From Selaginella moellendorffii (taxonomy: Eukaryota; Plantae; Lycopodiophyta), in assembly GCF_000143415.4 (NCBI RefSeq), contig NW_003314271.1:2028806-2092805 (forward strand): DNA of 64,000 bases, given 5' to 3'. Below the pieces are notes generated by a model, which was not told where the DNA came from, did not search any database, and saw nothing but the letters and a program-made list of their open reading frames with translations. Numbering within the stretch: the stretch's first letter is position 1; each line of letters begins with the position of its first letter. The position numbers were made by a program, and so were the translations under genes. Of the stretch, positions 40,301-53,900 are shown one piece after another.

Positions 40301-43300
40301 CCTAGGAAGTTCTCTACTTGAGGGCACCATCATCCTCTCTTCTATTTCGTGCCACCTTGGGCACTAAGTTCCAGTTATCATACTTTGTGCTAGGGCTGTC
40401 CATGGCCCTATCATTTGGCTACTTTACCGCTCCCTCCCTCGGAGCTTCCCCTTTCGCCAAACCGGAGCAATTCGGAATCCATCCTTGGAAACTCGCTTCC
40501 TTTTCCGCAATTTGTTAGCGTCCAACACATTAGTGTTCCTCGCCTAACTTTGCCACTTGGATTCCTTCCAAGGGATTCCACGGCCCTATTTTGGCCACTC
40601 ATCTTTTGCTCCTATCCGTTGATTGTTGCACCAAGCAACACTGAATCTCTACCTCCCTCCTTGAGGTATTCTTTTGATTCCATAGCAAAGGCTCTGCTTT
40701 GCCAAGACTAGGGTGTTCACCCCTAGTAAGTCTCTTTAGCACCTTCTGCTATGGGCTCTATCCACGGCCCAACTTGGTGACCCTCCCATGGGTCGTTTTA
40801 AAGACTACTTTCCTTGGACACACTATGCCATCGCAATGACATAGCTCATTTCCCTAAGGTGCTTTTCCCACTTGGTCACCTTGACCAAGCTACACCATCA
40901 TCAATAGTTCAAATCAACACTTTGAACTAGGAACCTTATTCCTTAACCCAAACAAGGACCTTGTCCTTATTTAGCCACAAGATCACCTAGTGATCTCACC
41001 TCGGCACCTTAACAGGTTTGCCAATAGGTACTAGGTCTTCCAGACCTTTAACTTGTTAACTACGACCCCGGGGGCATCCCCCACACTTGGCGGTGCACCC
41101 AAGCCAGCCCTTCCGACCAAGGGTCCATAGCAACTGAGATTAGGTGTCCCCATCTCACTCACCACGTCCTTGGTGCCACTTGCACCAAAGCGTTCAAGTT
41201 AGATATGCCAAGCTTTCACACTAAGCAATCTAACCGTGCATCACGACTCCGAGGCATCCCTCGCTTGGCGGTGTGCCCAAACCAGTCTCCCCACTGAGAG
41301 TCCATGACCACCGAAATATGAGTGTCCTCATATTCCAAACCATCACCACGCCCTAGTGATTTGGGACTCGAACCCAAGCACTAGAGGGTCGGGACTCGAA
41401 CCCAACCTCCGTATATGCATCTACGGAAGGCATCATCCAAGATGCCAGGCGTGACTCCCCACGCCGGTGCACCAACTTTTATTTAAAGCGCGCTACAGAT
41501 CACAACTTAGGAACCTAGTTCCCCCGCACTGCCAAGTCCTCTCACTTGGCAAGCCTGTGATCATGCATGGACTCCTCCATGCTTGGCCCCATGGCCCACC
41601 CTTTTTAAAGTTATCACTTTCAACTAGGGTATTTGTTCCCCTGACTTGCCAATCTCGCTTGGCAAGTCCTCTGACCACTGTAACATGGTTCTTGCACAAG
41701 CGTGAAAGTCCTTGACCATCGACTTTCGTTCAAAGCCCTCTCTTTGAACACTCGGGAACTACTTCCCTAACCTTGACAGCCTTGCCTCATGGCAAGCTTC
41801 AAGACCACGCTTCTGCTGCGCCACTCTGATTTCGCGCGTTCTATGAACCATTTACACTTGGCCTTTCTAGGTACTAAGCTACCTAGAATCGTCTTCGGGA
41901 ACATTGAAGGAACTCTGTCCCTTAGCTTGCTAAGGCCTCCCTTTTTGCAAGTTTCCCAATTGCCACATAGTCTAACATGGACAATTCCATATTTTAGACT
42001 CTCCATGGCATCACGGTTGCTAGCGGCAACACCCTCGAGCCCCCACTTGATTCTCCACTCCCAGCTGGCATAACCAACCTTGGTTATGCCCTTCGATTCC
42101 TATGGTTCGGTTCCATCCCCTTACTTCTTGCTTTTGGCTTCACGCCTTTCCTTCGGTCATTCTCCTCCAGACTAGGAGGATAGCTTTGCACTTTCTATCA
42201 TGCCTTAGCAAGTATTCTTAGGGATGAACCTACCCAATAGCCCAGGGAGTGGTTCCTCAATCCGGGTATGCTCACTTTATAATCCCACACACTGGGATTA
42301 CATTGTTGCTTATGGGCCTTTACATGCCCATCACTAACCTTGCCAAAATTCCATTCTAGGCTTTGTCCAACTCGGGTAGACAGTCCTCTCCTGTCTCCGC
42401 AACCTTGGACATTTGGATAGCACCTTCTATCCATCATTCGCTAGGGACTTAGTCCCTTGGGCTTTATCCATTGCCCTCGCGACATCAAACACAACCTCTT
42501 GGTGTTCTAGAGTGTTCGGGTGTCCCAATGATGGCTTTCTTGACAATGAGTATTTCCTTTTATGACATTGACTTACTATATCGCAACATAAGCAACTTAT
42601 CCCCCGTAAGGGTATATCCGACTTCCCTATGCTAGAAGTCTTGGGTAGCTACCTTCTACCCGTTTAACTAGTTATTTTGCACCTCTTGCTTAGTTGCCTC
42701 ATAGTTGTCAAGTCCTACAACTCATTGCTTGGTGCTTTCACACCTCCATCATTATCTGGGTCACCACACTCCAACTGCATGCTCTGCAGCTTAGGCTATG
42801 CCATTCCCATTTCCATTGGGATCCCTTTGGCAAGGGGTTCTCATGAACCCACCAACATAGCCTCAAGGTACCACACCTTGGCACATTTGGTGTCTCCACA
42901 CCATCGGCTCCACGAGCCTACCTCTATGACACTTCCCCTTCGTGTTTAAGTCTTTGCCAAGACCAACACCTCTCTTTCTCAGGCCAACCATCCGTTAGCA
43001 CTGCACTATAGAGGTCACACACAACTTTGTGTCAAAGTTGTTTTCTTCTGGGAACACCTTTCCCATAACTTTAGCATGGCACATTTTGCCATCGATGAGA
43101 TACCCTCTGTTCTCATCCTTGGATCCTATGATCCCCCCCCCATCCTTCATGGGGTACAACACACCTCAGTCCAAATGCTCCAATTAGTCTTTTTAGGACC
43201 TTTCCTTGACTCTACTTGAGTCATCCAGCAGTTTCTGACTTGGTTCATCCACCGACCCGTAAGGTCCCACTTGTGAGGCACTAGCTCACTGGAATACACT

Positions 43301-46300
43301 TCTTGCATTCCTGTCCTACTCAGAAGGACTATTTTTACAAGTGTTACTCTGACACTTGTTTTTGTTCTCTGGGGCAACCTCTGCCCCTTAGGACTACTTG
43401 TCCATGTGATGAGAATACCAACTCATCTCTGAGTACACCCCCCAACTCCTTGGGTTGTTCCAGCATTTATTACAGGTAGCCCTGGCTACCATTTCAAGGA
43501 CTTGAGTCCTCTTCCGTATTTGACCTCCCACGGTCATTACTTCTGGTCTCACATTCATGAGCACCAACCTCAACTATATGAGGATAATCTTGTGACTCCC
43601 TTATTGCTTTGGAGTCTTTATCTTTCCTGTGATCCCAACTTTAGTTGTTTACAACAACTAAATTGGCCCGTTTGCTGAGTCAAACGCTCATCTGGATCAC
43701 CTCCTCAACTCAATGAGGAAAACCTTGCACCGTTCCCAAGATCCCAAAGTCGTTCCATTATTGGCCCCTTTTCTATCCACCACCTTGTCTACAAGTTCAC
43801 ACATGAACTGTAATGGAGAGCCATGTCTTCCAGACCTGCTACTCCTCAAGGATAGGCCCACTTCTCGGACCTTCCGTTGCCAACACCAGTGGTGATATAC
43901 TTGAGCACCAATAAAAGTCAGACTAAGGAACAGCTCCGATACCAAGTTGTAAGCGACTAATTTTTCCATTCTACTTTAGTCACTTAACCACACCTCTGAC
44001 CACTTGGAGGAGTCTCATTCACAACCTCCATAAGTCCAATCCAGGACTTGGGACTTGCTAGCCTCGAGAATGGCATCCATGCCACTCAACATTTGCACTT
44101 GGTCCAAGTGCTCCACGTGTTCGATCCCATGACCGACACTCAAAGGTACCACCGACATAGCAGCCCGTTACGCTAAGGCCATGCCCAATCACCTTTGCCA
44201 CACTGGTAGTCCAATACCACTTGCATCACAGTCTTGGCTCTCCAAGACTAGGCAAACCATCCGTGAGTGGTCATCTCAGATCCACTCCTTAGCATCCTTA
44301 GGACGCCCACCGACAAGGGGAATAGCCTTCCCCAATATCCCTCTGTCAGTCCCCACTAAGTCCCTTTTTGCCCCTGGCCGTGTTTGCCAACACTGCCACT
44401 GGATCGAGACCCACAGGCCCGACCACTAAGTCCCACGGTCCTCTGGGACTTCCTCACCACAGGACTGTGTTCTTGGTCACTACCCCAGAGGACTGCTCCT
44501 CTTCCTTTCCACAGTCTGGGCCTTTGGGACAACATTTCGGAACACCGTGGCCTTACGCGACCCACCTGGGTACTCTCCTCGCCTTCTGCCCTTGGGTGCT
44601 CTAGCCATGGGCTTAGAGCGGGTTCCGTTGAGCCACACCAGGTATCCAAGTAGGTAGTGCCACCCACACTTGGACTGGGAGCATCGGCCAGTCGATCTCC
44701 CGGGGGAACTAGAGCCAGCTCTTGAACATTTCACCAAGCTACCCCGCTTGTCGGTCCATGTTCACTCTAGTCTTGGACTTCCCAGTGGTCAGCTCATCAC
44801 CCAACTCTGGGTCTGGCCTTCCTGGGCCAAACTGGCCTTTCCTGGCCAAACTGGCTCCACTGGGCTCCAACCCCCACACTCTCCCTACTATACTTTTGGA
44901 CCCCCCGCAGCCCCCCCCCCTGGGGGACGATCGCTTTGGGCTTTCACCCAACTGCCTGTATTAGTATTCGGACTCGGACTCGGGCTCGAACTCGGACTCG
45001 GACTCGGTCTCGGTCCCGGTTTCGGACTCGGACTCGGTCTCGGTCTCGGTCTCGGCCTCGGTCTCGGTCTCGGTCTCGGTTCCATCTCGGACTCCATCTT
45101 GGACTCCATCTCGGACTCCATCTCGGACCCCGTCTCGGGTCCATCTCGGACTCCATCTCGGACTCCGTCTCAGTCCATCTCGGACTCCATCTCGGACCCC
45201 ATCTCGGGTCCATCTCGGACTCCATATCGGACTCCGTCTCGGTCCATCTCGGACTCCTTCTCAGACTCCTTCTCGGGTCCATCTCGGACTCCATCTCAGG
45301 TCCATCTCGGACTCCACTTCGGACTCCAACTCGGGTCCACCTCGGAGTCCACTTCGGACTCCAACTCGGGTCCATCTCGGACTCCACTTCGGACTCCAAC
45401 TTGGGTCCATCTCGGACTCCACTTCGGACTCCAACTCGAGTCCATCTCGGACTCCACTTCGGACTCCAACTCGAGTCCATCTCGGACACTTCCACGTGTC
45501 ATGTGTTGGTCCTTTTGGGTCCCTTTTTGGAGCCTCGCTTTTTGCTCGCTTCGTGCTCGTTCCTCGAGCACTTCGTTGGGGGTTCCACTCCCGCTCTTGA
45601 CTTTTCAAGTCGGAGCTTTTGGTCCAAACGTGTTATGCTCGTTTGGCTCTCGCTTCAGCCACTACCACGTGGCGCCCTTCCGGCTCCACTTTGGGGCCTA
45701 GGGATTTTGTGTCTCACAATGGAGTCTGGCGCTATTTCGGCATACTGGTGGCCTAATGTGAGGATATGGGTACTCCACCAATTAGCATGGAATGGAACTT
45801 GGGCTTAGACCCAAGCCGGACGCAAAACAAGAACAGGCACGCAAGCAGGAGCTAGACTATCCCTTAGGTTAGTCAGGCATACCCGACCTACCCCCTATCC
45901 CTACTATACATTTGGAACCCCCCATAGGCCCCCCCCCCCCCCCCCCCTTGAGGAACACACTCTTTGGGCTTTCACCCCAAGCCTCCCTTAGTATCAGGAG
46001 TTAGTCTCTGGGATAAGCTTGAAACTTACTAAATGTGGAATGTCCTTAGATTGCAAATTTGGACATGGGACGAACACCATTGTGTTTAGGACAATCTCTA
46101 CATTCCATAGATATGCCAAATGAGCAAATCTAGACACTTTCTATAAATAGCATTTGGGACCGAATTGAGACTAACACTAAGGGCATGATAGCGAGGGTGT
46201 TTAGCAGACACGGTAAGCTATCATGTAGCGATATTAAGGGACTAATCTCAATACGCGAGGGTTCTTGTCAAACCAGTGCAAGACAGAGCAAAAGAGAACT

Positions 46301-46526
46301 AACAAGCCGGGCCAAGTATGCTCAGCTAAATAGACACTTAGGAATTCCTTCCTTATGCTCATCCGGCCAAGTACAGATGCAAAGTCCAGTTTACTAACAC
46401 TTGAACAAGAGGGGCTGATAAAGGGTCCAGCAATACCGACCTCCTGCCATCGTGGCAGTAAAGTAAGAGTGTCCGTAAGGACTGGTCAACAAGTAACTTT
46501 CGATACCCGAAGTCACATTCACGACA
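37357..46526 (-). mobile_element. Chimeric LTR element: family B 5' LTR + TRIM-D internal region + TRIM-D 3' LTR
   Basis: TSD GCCTC (37352-37356, 46527-46531). TRIM-D LTR 37357-37518, PBS 37855-37866, LTR-B ~37868-46526 (split by the LARD). Confidence 0.7.
38117..45718 (-). mobile_element. Young non-autonomous LTR element (LARD-like, family C)
   Basis: Near-identical LTRs at 38117-39843 and 43948-45718, TSD ATGGA, PBS 43933-43944, PPT ~39844-39855. The 4.1-kb interior has no intact ORF. Confidence 0.92.
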
Positions 46527-46684
46527 GCCTCGGACTCTATTCCGGACTCTATCTCGAACTCGGTCTCAGAGTCGGTCTTGGACTCGATCTCGGACCTGGT
46601 CCCATCCGATGAACTCTTTATCATTTTAGTCATGCTTTCGAGGATCCTTTAGCCTACAAAACCTTGGGGAGTTGGTTCCTTACA

Positions 46685-48525
46685 CATTGATCTGGTAGTA
46701 TCCTAACTTTAGGTCAATCCTTGAGAAGTATTTTGCCTTTCCCAACCTATTGAACAGGTCCTTAATCCTTGGCAAAGGGTACTTGTTCTTCTTTATTTAC
46801 TGGTTTAGGGTTTAAGGGTTTTAGGGTTTAGGGTTTAGGGTTTAGCCAGTTTTTAGGGTTTGTTGAGCAACTGGTAGTCTATGCACATGCGCATAAAACT
46901 ATCTTTCTTTTTCATAAATAACACTGGGGCCCTATATGGTGACTTGCTCAACCTAACATACCCTTTGTTCACCAACTCTTCTAGTTGGCGCTTGAGCTCC
47001 TCGAGTTCTTTTTCGTTCAAATGATAGGGTGAACGAACCATTGCCTTAGCACCCTCGACCAGTTCAATCTTATGTTCAATCAGTCTTGTGGGGGCAACCC
47101 TGCCAATAGCTCCTCCAGCATGGTATCTTGGAATTGGTCCAACACCCGTTAGATCATTAAAGGTATTTCTTCCGTTCGCATTTTTTGTCACTCTTCACTG
47201 AGTAAACATAAAAATGTTGCTTTGGTTCTTTTAGTGAGTTGCCCTTTCGTGAACACTAGGCTTAAGCAGGAGTCTTTGGCCTTACATTGCCTTACCTTTA
47301 GATCCTATGCCTCCACCCTAGATCGTTCTCCCCGGGCATTTGCCAGTACCACAGGGTTCCTACCTTGTCCATGCAGGGCTTCTATGAACCGATTGAACCA
47401 ATCCATCCCGAAAATTACATTAAATCCCGCCATGTCCAACACGATAAAACCCATGTCTACTTTCCATGTCCCTACTTTGACTCTCGCTTGTCGAAGTACC
47501 TCATCAGTGCTTTGGTTACCTTGAACAAACTCTATAGTCCTTGGTTCACCCAACTACTGCACCGTTAATCTAGCTTGCCGGACTATGTTTGCAACCACAA
47601 AATTATTCGAAGCACCCGTGTCAATAAGGATCTTAACAAAGCTACCTTTGAGCTTCCCTCGAAGGGTTAGTAAATGTCGCAAACAACTCTCTACCAAAGT
47701 TGCTCGTGTAATGAGTAACTTTGAGCTAGGGACCTCAATTTAGATTTCACCTAACTTAATGGCCATATTGGCTCTGGCCTTCTTCGGGTAGGGACATTCC
47801 CGCGAAAAGTGTCCCACTTCACCACAGTTATAGCATATATTGTTTCCCACACTGCTAGTAGACTTGGCTTTCTTATCTGTGGGTTTGTCTATTTTTTGCT
47901 TGACTCCCTCACGTACTTGCTCGTTGGCCACCGGATTTGCCTTTCTAGAACCCCGAGGACTCATTCTTAGAGAATCCAACGCTTCCTTGTAGTTAGTCGG
48001 GTTCCAACGCATTATCTCCCCGCGAGCCCAGGTTTGCAAGCCTGATATGAATGCATGGAACGCATCCATATCACTCATATCTGTGACAAGTATCCTTTTT
48101 GCCATAAACCCATGCACATACTCTTGAATGGTTCTGGTTTGCTTTAGCCTACTCAGCTCATCCCTTAGGTGCAGAGTAGCATTCGAATGAATGTAAGTCG
48201 TGCGAATCCTCGCCTTCATCATTTCCCAAGTGGCCACCGGTCCTTCGTTGGCCTCTGTCGTTCTCCACCAAGATTTGGCATTATCTACCAAGTATGGTTT
48301 TGCACATCTGAGCTCGGTAACTGCAACACTCGGAAGTAGTCCTCTATATCGTAAAACCAATCCTTCGCCACCTTATAGTCATTCACTTCCTTGAAAACCA
48401 GTGGGGGCTTTGGTTTGTACTTGAGAACTGCTTGAAAGATTGATTTCACTTCAGTTTGTTTGACCTTGTTTGGTTCTGCCTCATTCCCTACCGAAGGGTC
48501 CGCACTTTCTGCACTGCCAGCATCT
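46685..48525 (-). pseudogene. Family A (A2) gag, protease and N-terminal RT remnant
   Basis: [37 protein letters not shown]. Continues into the leader at 56954 after the DNA transposon. Confidence 0.88.
46802..46859 (+). repeat. Interstitial telomeric (TTTAGGG)n insertion inside RT
   Basis: About 6 imperfect TTTAGGG units, absent from the homologous RT positions at ~13655 and ~24420. Confidence 0.9.
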
Positions 48526-49298
48526 AAGCTCTATTTCGTTAAAGTGGGATTTATTCAGTAAAATGGGACTAGGTACAAATTTTCAAGTATTTGAAAATGA
48601 CGTGAAATTATATGTTTTTTGTCCAGGGGCTAGATATATCTGGGGCATGGTGACTAGTGCGGTGACTTTATGTCCAGACTGAGTCCATCTGGTTGTATAA
48701 TAAATCTCATTGTCAAGGTGAACAAGCCGAATCTGAAGCTAAAGAAGAGCGATGGCATGCGCGCACACACTATTTGTTTGTTCATTGAGCGTGTGGTGAG
48801 CTTTCCAAGATGAACGTCATTCCTATTAGCCAGACATATAACTTAATGGTGAGAACATTTAGATATTATTGTGAAGGTGTAGCAAGAGGCATTGCTAGTC
48901 TGGAGAAGTCATTTAACTCATTTGACCCTTAGTGTATTTTCATGAAACTAAATAACATTCATATTATTAAGGAATTTCTCTAGTACCTTTTTTTTACGAC
49001 ATAGAGGCTTGCATTTCTTTCAAAGGTGATTTAGTAAAAGGCCTGAGGGCACATGCCATTCTATTTCTCAGACCGGTATTAAGATATACTAGTGCAAAGG
49101 GAAAAAGGTATTTGGTGATCAAGTAAATGGCATGAGGGCACACGCCATTATAAGCCTAAGCGCTAGTGGACACCTCCTTTTTGGTACTCTCAGCGGTACT
49201 ATCATCCTTCTCCAGCCTGAGATACATCTGCTCGGCATCTGCCTCTTACAGCATTTGCCCAGAAAGGGCATCTTTCTTCACGCAGCATTTGCCACATG

Positions 49299-49331
49299 TT
49301 TAGGGTTTAGGGTTTAGGGTTTAGGGTTTAG
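49299..49331 (+). repeat. (TTTAGGG)4+ tract inside the DNA transposon
   Basis: Four full units plus TTTAG. Copy 1 has two units plus a partial at 6736-6755. Confidence 0.9.
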
Positions 49332-50925
49332 CAATTTAGTAGCTTGATAAACATGCAAATACAGAACTTGATGCAAAATCCTTTGATATGTCACAATGTC
49401 CCTAGGACCATAAACACATTTCAATAGAGAGGGTCCTTTCATTTCATAACTCCTTACGTAGATCTTGGTAAAACCAGAGTTAGTGAAGTTAGTTTCTTGT
49501 GATCCCACATCTGATTGTGATGTCCCTTTGCAGTGTCGATGGAAAGGTCAATGCACACTAAACTGTAAAATCTTGGAGAAAAATAACGGTCGGATCTATG
49601 GCAAATGCCCCTGAAACATTGTAAGGCTCGTGTGGTCTCATGTGGTGTCCGATCGAGATGCTTCTTTGCAGAGTCATCAAGAAAGACATTGTATAACATT
49701 CTGTAAAATCTAGTTGCGATCTAACGGTTGGATCTCCAGAAAACTCAAAAAAATCTCGCGCGTGTCAGAATATTCTAGGAATATACTCCTATGTGCCCCT
49801 GAAAATGGCATGCGGCCCCACGCCATTCAAGAGATAACGCCAGATGACGCCGAGAATTTTTTGGTGCATTTTTTGGGTTCAAAATTGCATGAGCCCACAC
49901 GCTATAAAGTTTATCTTTGCCAAATAGAGAAAAGTTTATCTGTGTCGTGTGAGGTAGTTACAGTCCTTTGTGCTCGCCATCTGCCTCTTGCAGCATTTGC
50001 ACTGAAAGGGAATTTTTCTCCATTCAGCATTTGGCCCTGAAAATGGCATGCGCCCACACGCCATTCAAGGAATAACGCCATAGGACGCCTGGATTTTTGG
50101 GTTTAAAATGTTTAGGGTTTTTTGGGTTTTTTCAAAATATTTTGGGTCCAACGTTTTTTGGGTTTCTTTGGTTCAAAATTGCATGAGCCCACACGCTATA
50201 ATATTGATTTGAGAGAAAAATAGAAACAGATAGAATTTCTTTATTTAGCTGAACATCTGCCATTTTTGGAAATACAAGATGCTTTGGAATATCCAATCAT
50301 GCATGGTATAAATATAGCGAGGGTATTAAATGATATCCCAATCATGATCTTTCTTTTGGATTTCGCGTGCATGCAGTCCGAGGAATGATGACGTTGCGGA
50401 TTTCTTTTGGATTTTGCGTGCTTGCATGCGCGCGGCAATCCAGAAATTAATGGTGGCGCCCAAGTCCGAGGAATGATGACGTGGCGGGATTACCAACCGT
50501 TGTGACATTTCGCGCGTGTGAGGTTAGGTTTTGCATTTTGCTTCGTACTCGCGCTCGCGCTCGCATCACACTCGCGCTCGCATCGCGCTCCCACTCGCGA
50601 TCACGCTCACATTCGCGCTCATCTACCTTCTCTACAGGTTTCTCGTGTGCATCGGCGTCCACTCGCGCTTGCATCACACTCGCGCTCGTATCGCGCTCGT
50701 GTGCATCGGCGTCCACTTCAAGACACACCCAGTTTGTAACTTCGCCGCCAACTCCGCCGCCCACTCCGCCACCCACACGCAGCCCACTTGGCGTCCCGGG
50801 AGATTTCAGCGCCACTCTCCAACTGTAAGTGGCAGAGTAGCCTTGCTGCTACGATCCGCTGCACATACAGTGCACATTCGCCAGCGAGTCCGGCCTCGAT
50901 TGTCACGGCCTCCATTCGGCTTCAA

Positions 50926-53900
50926 ATGGTAAGTCTTTTAGGCCAAGTAGAAAATGGCATGAGGCCACATGCCATTCAGTAGCAACATTGGCATGCACCG
51001 ATTGGGCTCTCGAGTGCAGTCCGGTTACAGATGGCGTGTAGCCTCACGCCATCTTAGGATGCAGCCTCAAGACATCTGATGCAGTGGTGAATGGCGTGTG
51101 GCCTCACGTTATTTCCAGCTGCTAGCTTTTCATCTGTCAGCTCTAATTGTTGTGCATTTCTGAACAGGCGAGGAATTGCGTTCTTCTTCCAGCCACTGTC
51201 AATGTGGATGCAGAGAAGGGGGAGGAGCTCACCAGTTGGACTTTCGGGATGGAAGGCGAGGATCTGAGGCTGTACAACACAGATGGTGGGAGAAAAGAAT
51301 GCATGGGGATCCTCATCCAAGTGAAAGACACTCCATGCAGTTCCATGCAAGAATATGGACTGGCACTTGTGGTAGAGACAGCGTCCGCCTTCAATATCCA
51401 CCTTGCACATCCTAGCGGCTTCCCGGAGGGGGGCAGCGGCTATGAGGAATTCCTAGAGGGAGCTAGGGAGAGGTTGTCCAGGAGGCCCACAATTTCAAAG
51501 ACGCTGCGGGTCTATGAAGATCACATGGAATCCACGGACCTCACCTACGGCGATGTTCAAAAACTATATTCCAACATTGAGCCGTTGAGAGTGCCTCCAG
51601 TTTGCGAAGCGAAGGGGAAGGGGGTCGATTTGGAAACTACCCCGAAGCAGAAAAGGGTGGTCAAGCTCAAGCCGACGTCCGACTCTGCTGCTCCAAAAAA
51701 GAAGCTACTCGGTGATGCCATTGCCTCGGGTTCGAACACTACACCCACCAAAAAGAAGAGCCGCAAAGAGCAGAAAGAGCAAGAAGAGGCAGCAAAAATC
51801 GTTGCAGATAATAGTACTTGTTACTATTCCAACAAAGTATATACAATCGACGTGAGCCGTATCGAGATCCAAAGCAAATACAACCACAGGCTAGTATCTG
51901 ATGAGTGGGTGGAGAAACTGAAGCAGAAGATGCTGGCAAGTCCAGTAACACCCGACATCGCAGACGTGATCCCCTACTATCGAACAATGAAGGGCGAGAC
52001 GAGGTTTCCAGACTTGATCAATAGGAAGGTGTTGGACGATCAGAACATCCGGTTCTATGCCGTCTCCAGGCAGCATTCTAGCTTGGCGATGCAACAGATA
52101 GTTGTGGATATTATGGTGGGCGAGGAGGTGAAGAAAGTCTTCAAGACAAGAGTTGTCCGCCTGATAAAAGGCAACTCGCCCCTCCGATCTATCATATACA
52201 TCTCCCACGCGCAGAATGTCAAGCAAGAAACGTGCTACAAATCGGGTCTGCACGAGACATTGGCACGAACACGGAAGCTCTGGGTTCAACTGAAGAAGCC
52301 ACAAAAACCAGGACAAGGACGTGCACTAGCAACTAGCGCCTGGCAGGTAAGCCTCGTTGCATGTGGCATAGCATGTGGCCTCACGCCATTTCCATTGCAG
52401 GAATTCTCGAGTCTTCTCTCGAAAACACTGGGGGTCAATGACACACTCAGCATCCATAACATTCTACTCACGACAAAAGTTGTTTTTGACAAATGGGTAG
52501 ATGTGCTGAGGAGGTACCATGACGGGGAGTTGCTAAACTCAATGGGTGTGGAGGACGGCCGGAAGCCCAATGATTTGAAGCTCAACGCCTTGCGTTTCTC
52601 GCGGTCTCTAGACGACGACGACCTTCTGACAGTGGCTAATGCTCTTCTACGTGGTGAGGTAGTTTTCAACAAGACCAAAATGACTCCCGGCCATATTGTG
52701 ACATACGAGGACTTGTGCACGACTCTGAGAGCTCGTGCGCTATTGAGGGATTGGATCTTCGAGCAAGTGGCCGTGGAGAGGGTGAGCATCGACACCACGC
52801 AAGAGATGATGGAAGAGCTGGAGTTGTCAAATGAAGACATTGACGAGTACGTGAAGGGGGCCCCCAAGTTCATCGATCTGCTGCGGGATGCCACGAAAAG
52901 TAAAGCTGAGAAGTTGGATCAGTATCCAAATTTCATTAAGAGGGATGTCCACCGCCGGCTTCAGAAACAGCTCGACCCCGCAGCAGAGGCCTATCGAGAA
53001 CCTTACCGGGTATACGTGAATTCGGATGAGGATTAAAGGTGGAGGAGCATCGTTTCCCGCGGAGATGAGCAGGTCAAGAACATCTTTTGTGTGATGGACT
53101 TCACAAACGAGGAGATCACTCATGCAGACGAAGTCAGCTCCATCATTGACTTAATGGTGGGACTTGCGGAGGTGGAATCTTCAGTCCACTATATGATCTA
53201 CGACTCCGAATCCTATCACAAGTTCTGGAAGGCCTTGAACGAGGTGAAGGCTCGGTTGAAAGGCAAGGAGATGCAGGAGATCCATGGGATAATGGCTAAG
53301 AAGAAGATACCAACGAATGTCTGCATCTTCACACTCGCCCTTGTTATTGGTCCTGCAGCAGAGTGGGACTGGAGTGACTTCCCAGCTTCGTTCAACAAGG
53401 CCGATCGAATTGATCTGAGGGAGGTCAATTTACCCGTGCCTGAGGAACTGAAGACGGCTATGGAGCTTTCGAATCCAGAGAAAGCTCCAGGTGCAGCATG
53501 GGAAATGCTCAGCTGGGTCTTCAACGCAATAGCACCTGCTTCCGACTCCAAGGGCAAATGCATTGTCGAGTACAACTGCGGCGGACTATTCTTTTGAGCC
53601 GCACTACTCAAGGGTGTCCTGTGTGTTGCGGTGACAAACTCCATTGAAGAGGTGACTTCAATGAAGCATATAATTACAGTTGCCAAAGAAAAACAGTATC
53701 TTCTCTGCAAACCTGGTGAGGACGCACTTTAAGTTTAAATGTTATCTCACAAGCTCTGTATGTAGGAGCGTGGCCACCCCCAGATGCTAAAACGGCGTTA
53801 ACAGCTACTGTTGGGCCGAGCTCACAACCTGCACAAGGTAAGGTCACGTGAGGCCTCACGCCATTTTGATTATAGATCGTTGTGAATATTCAGACACGAG

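Larger units (their letters stand above)
36440..46684 (-). mobile_element. 5' LTR of inner family A element (A3), split by insertion 37357-46526
   Basis: PBS (revcomp GCTCCGATACCA) at 36425-36436. LTR halves are 36440-37356 and 46527-46684. Confidence 0.85.

Noticed and set aside
38839-45808. Long RS/GL/SD-repeat ORFs (also near 9123, 16321, 21031 and 58712)
   Set aside because: They arise from stop-free hexamer tandem arrays in LTRs and are open in several frames on both strands.
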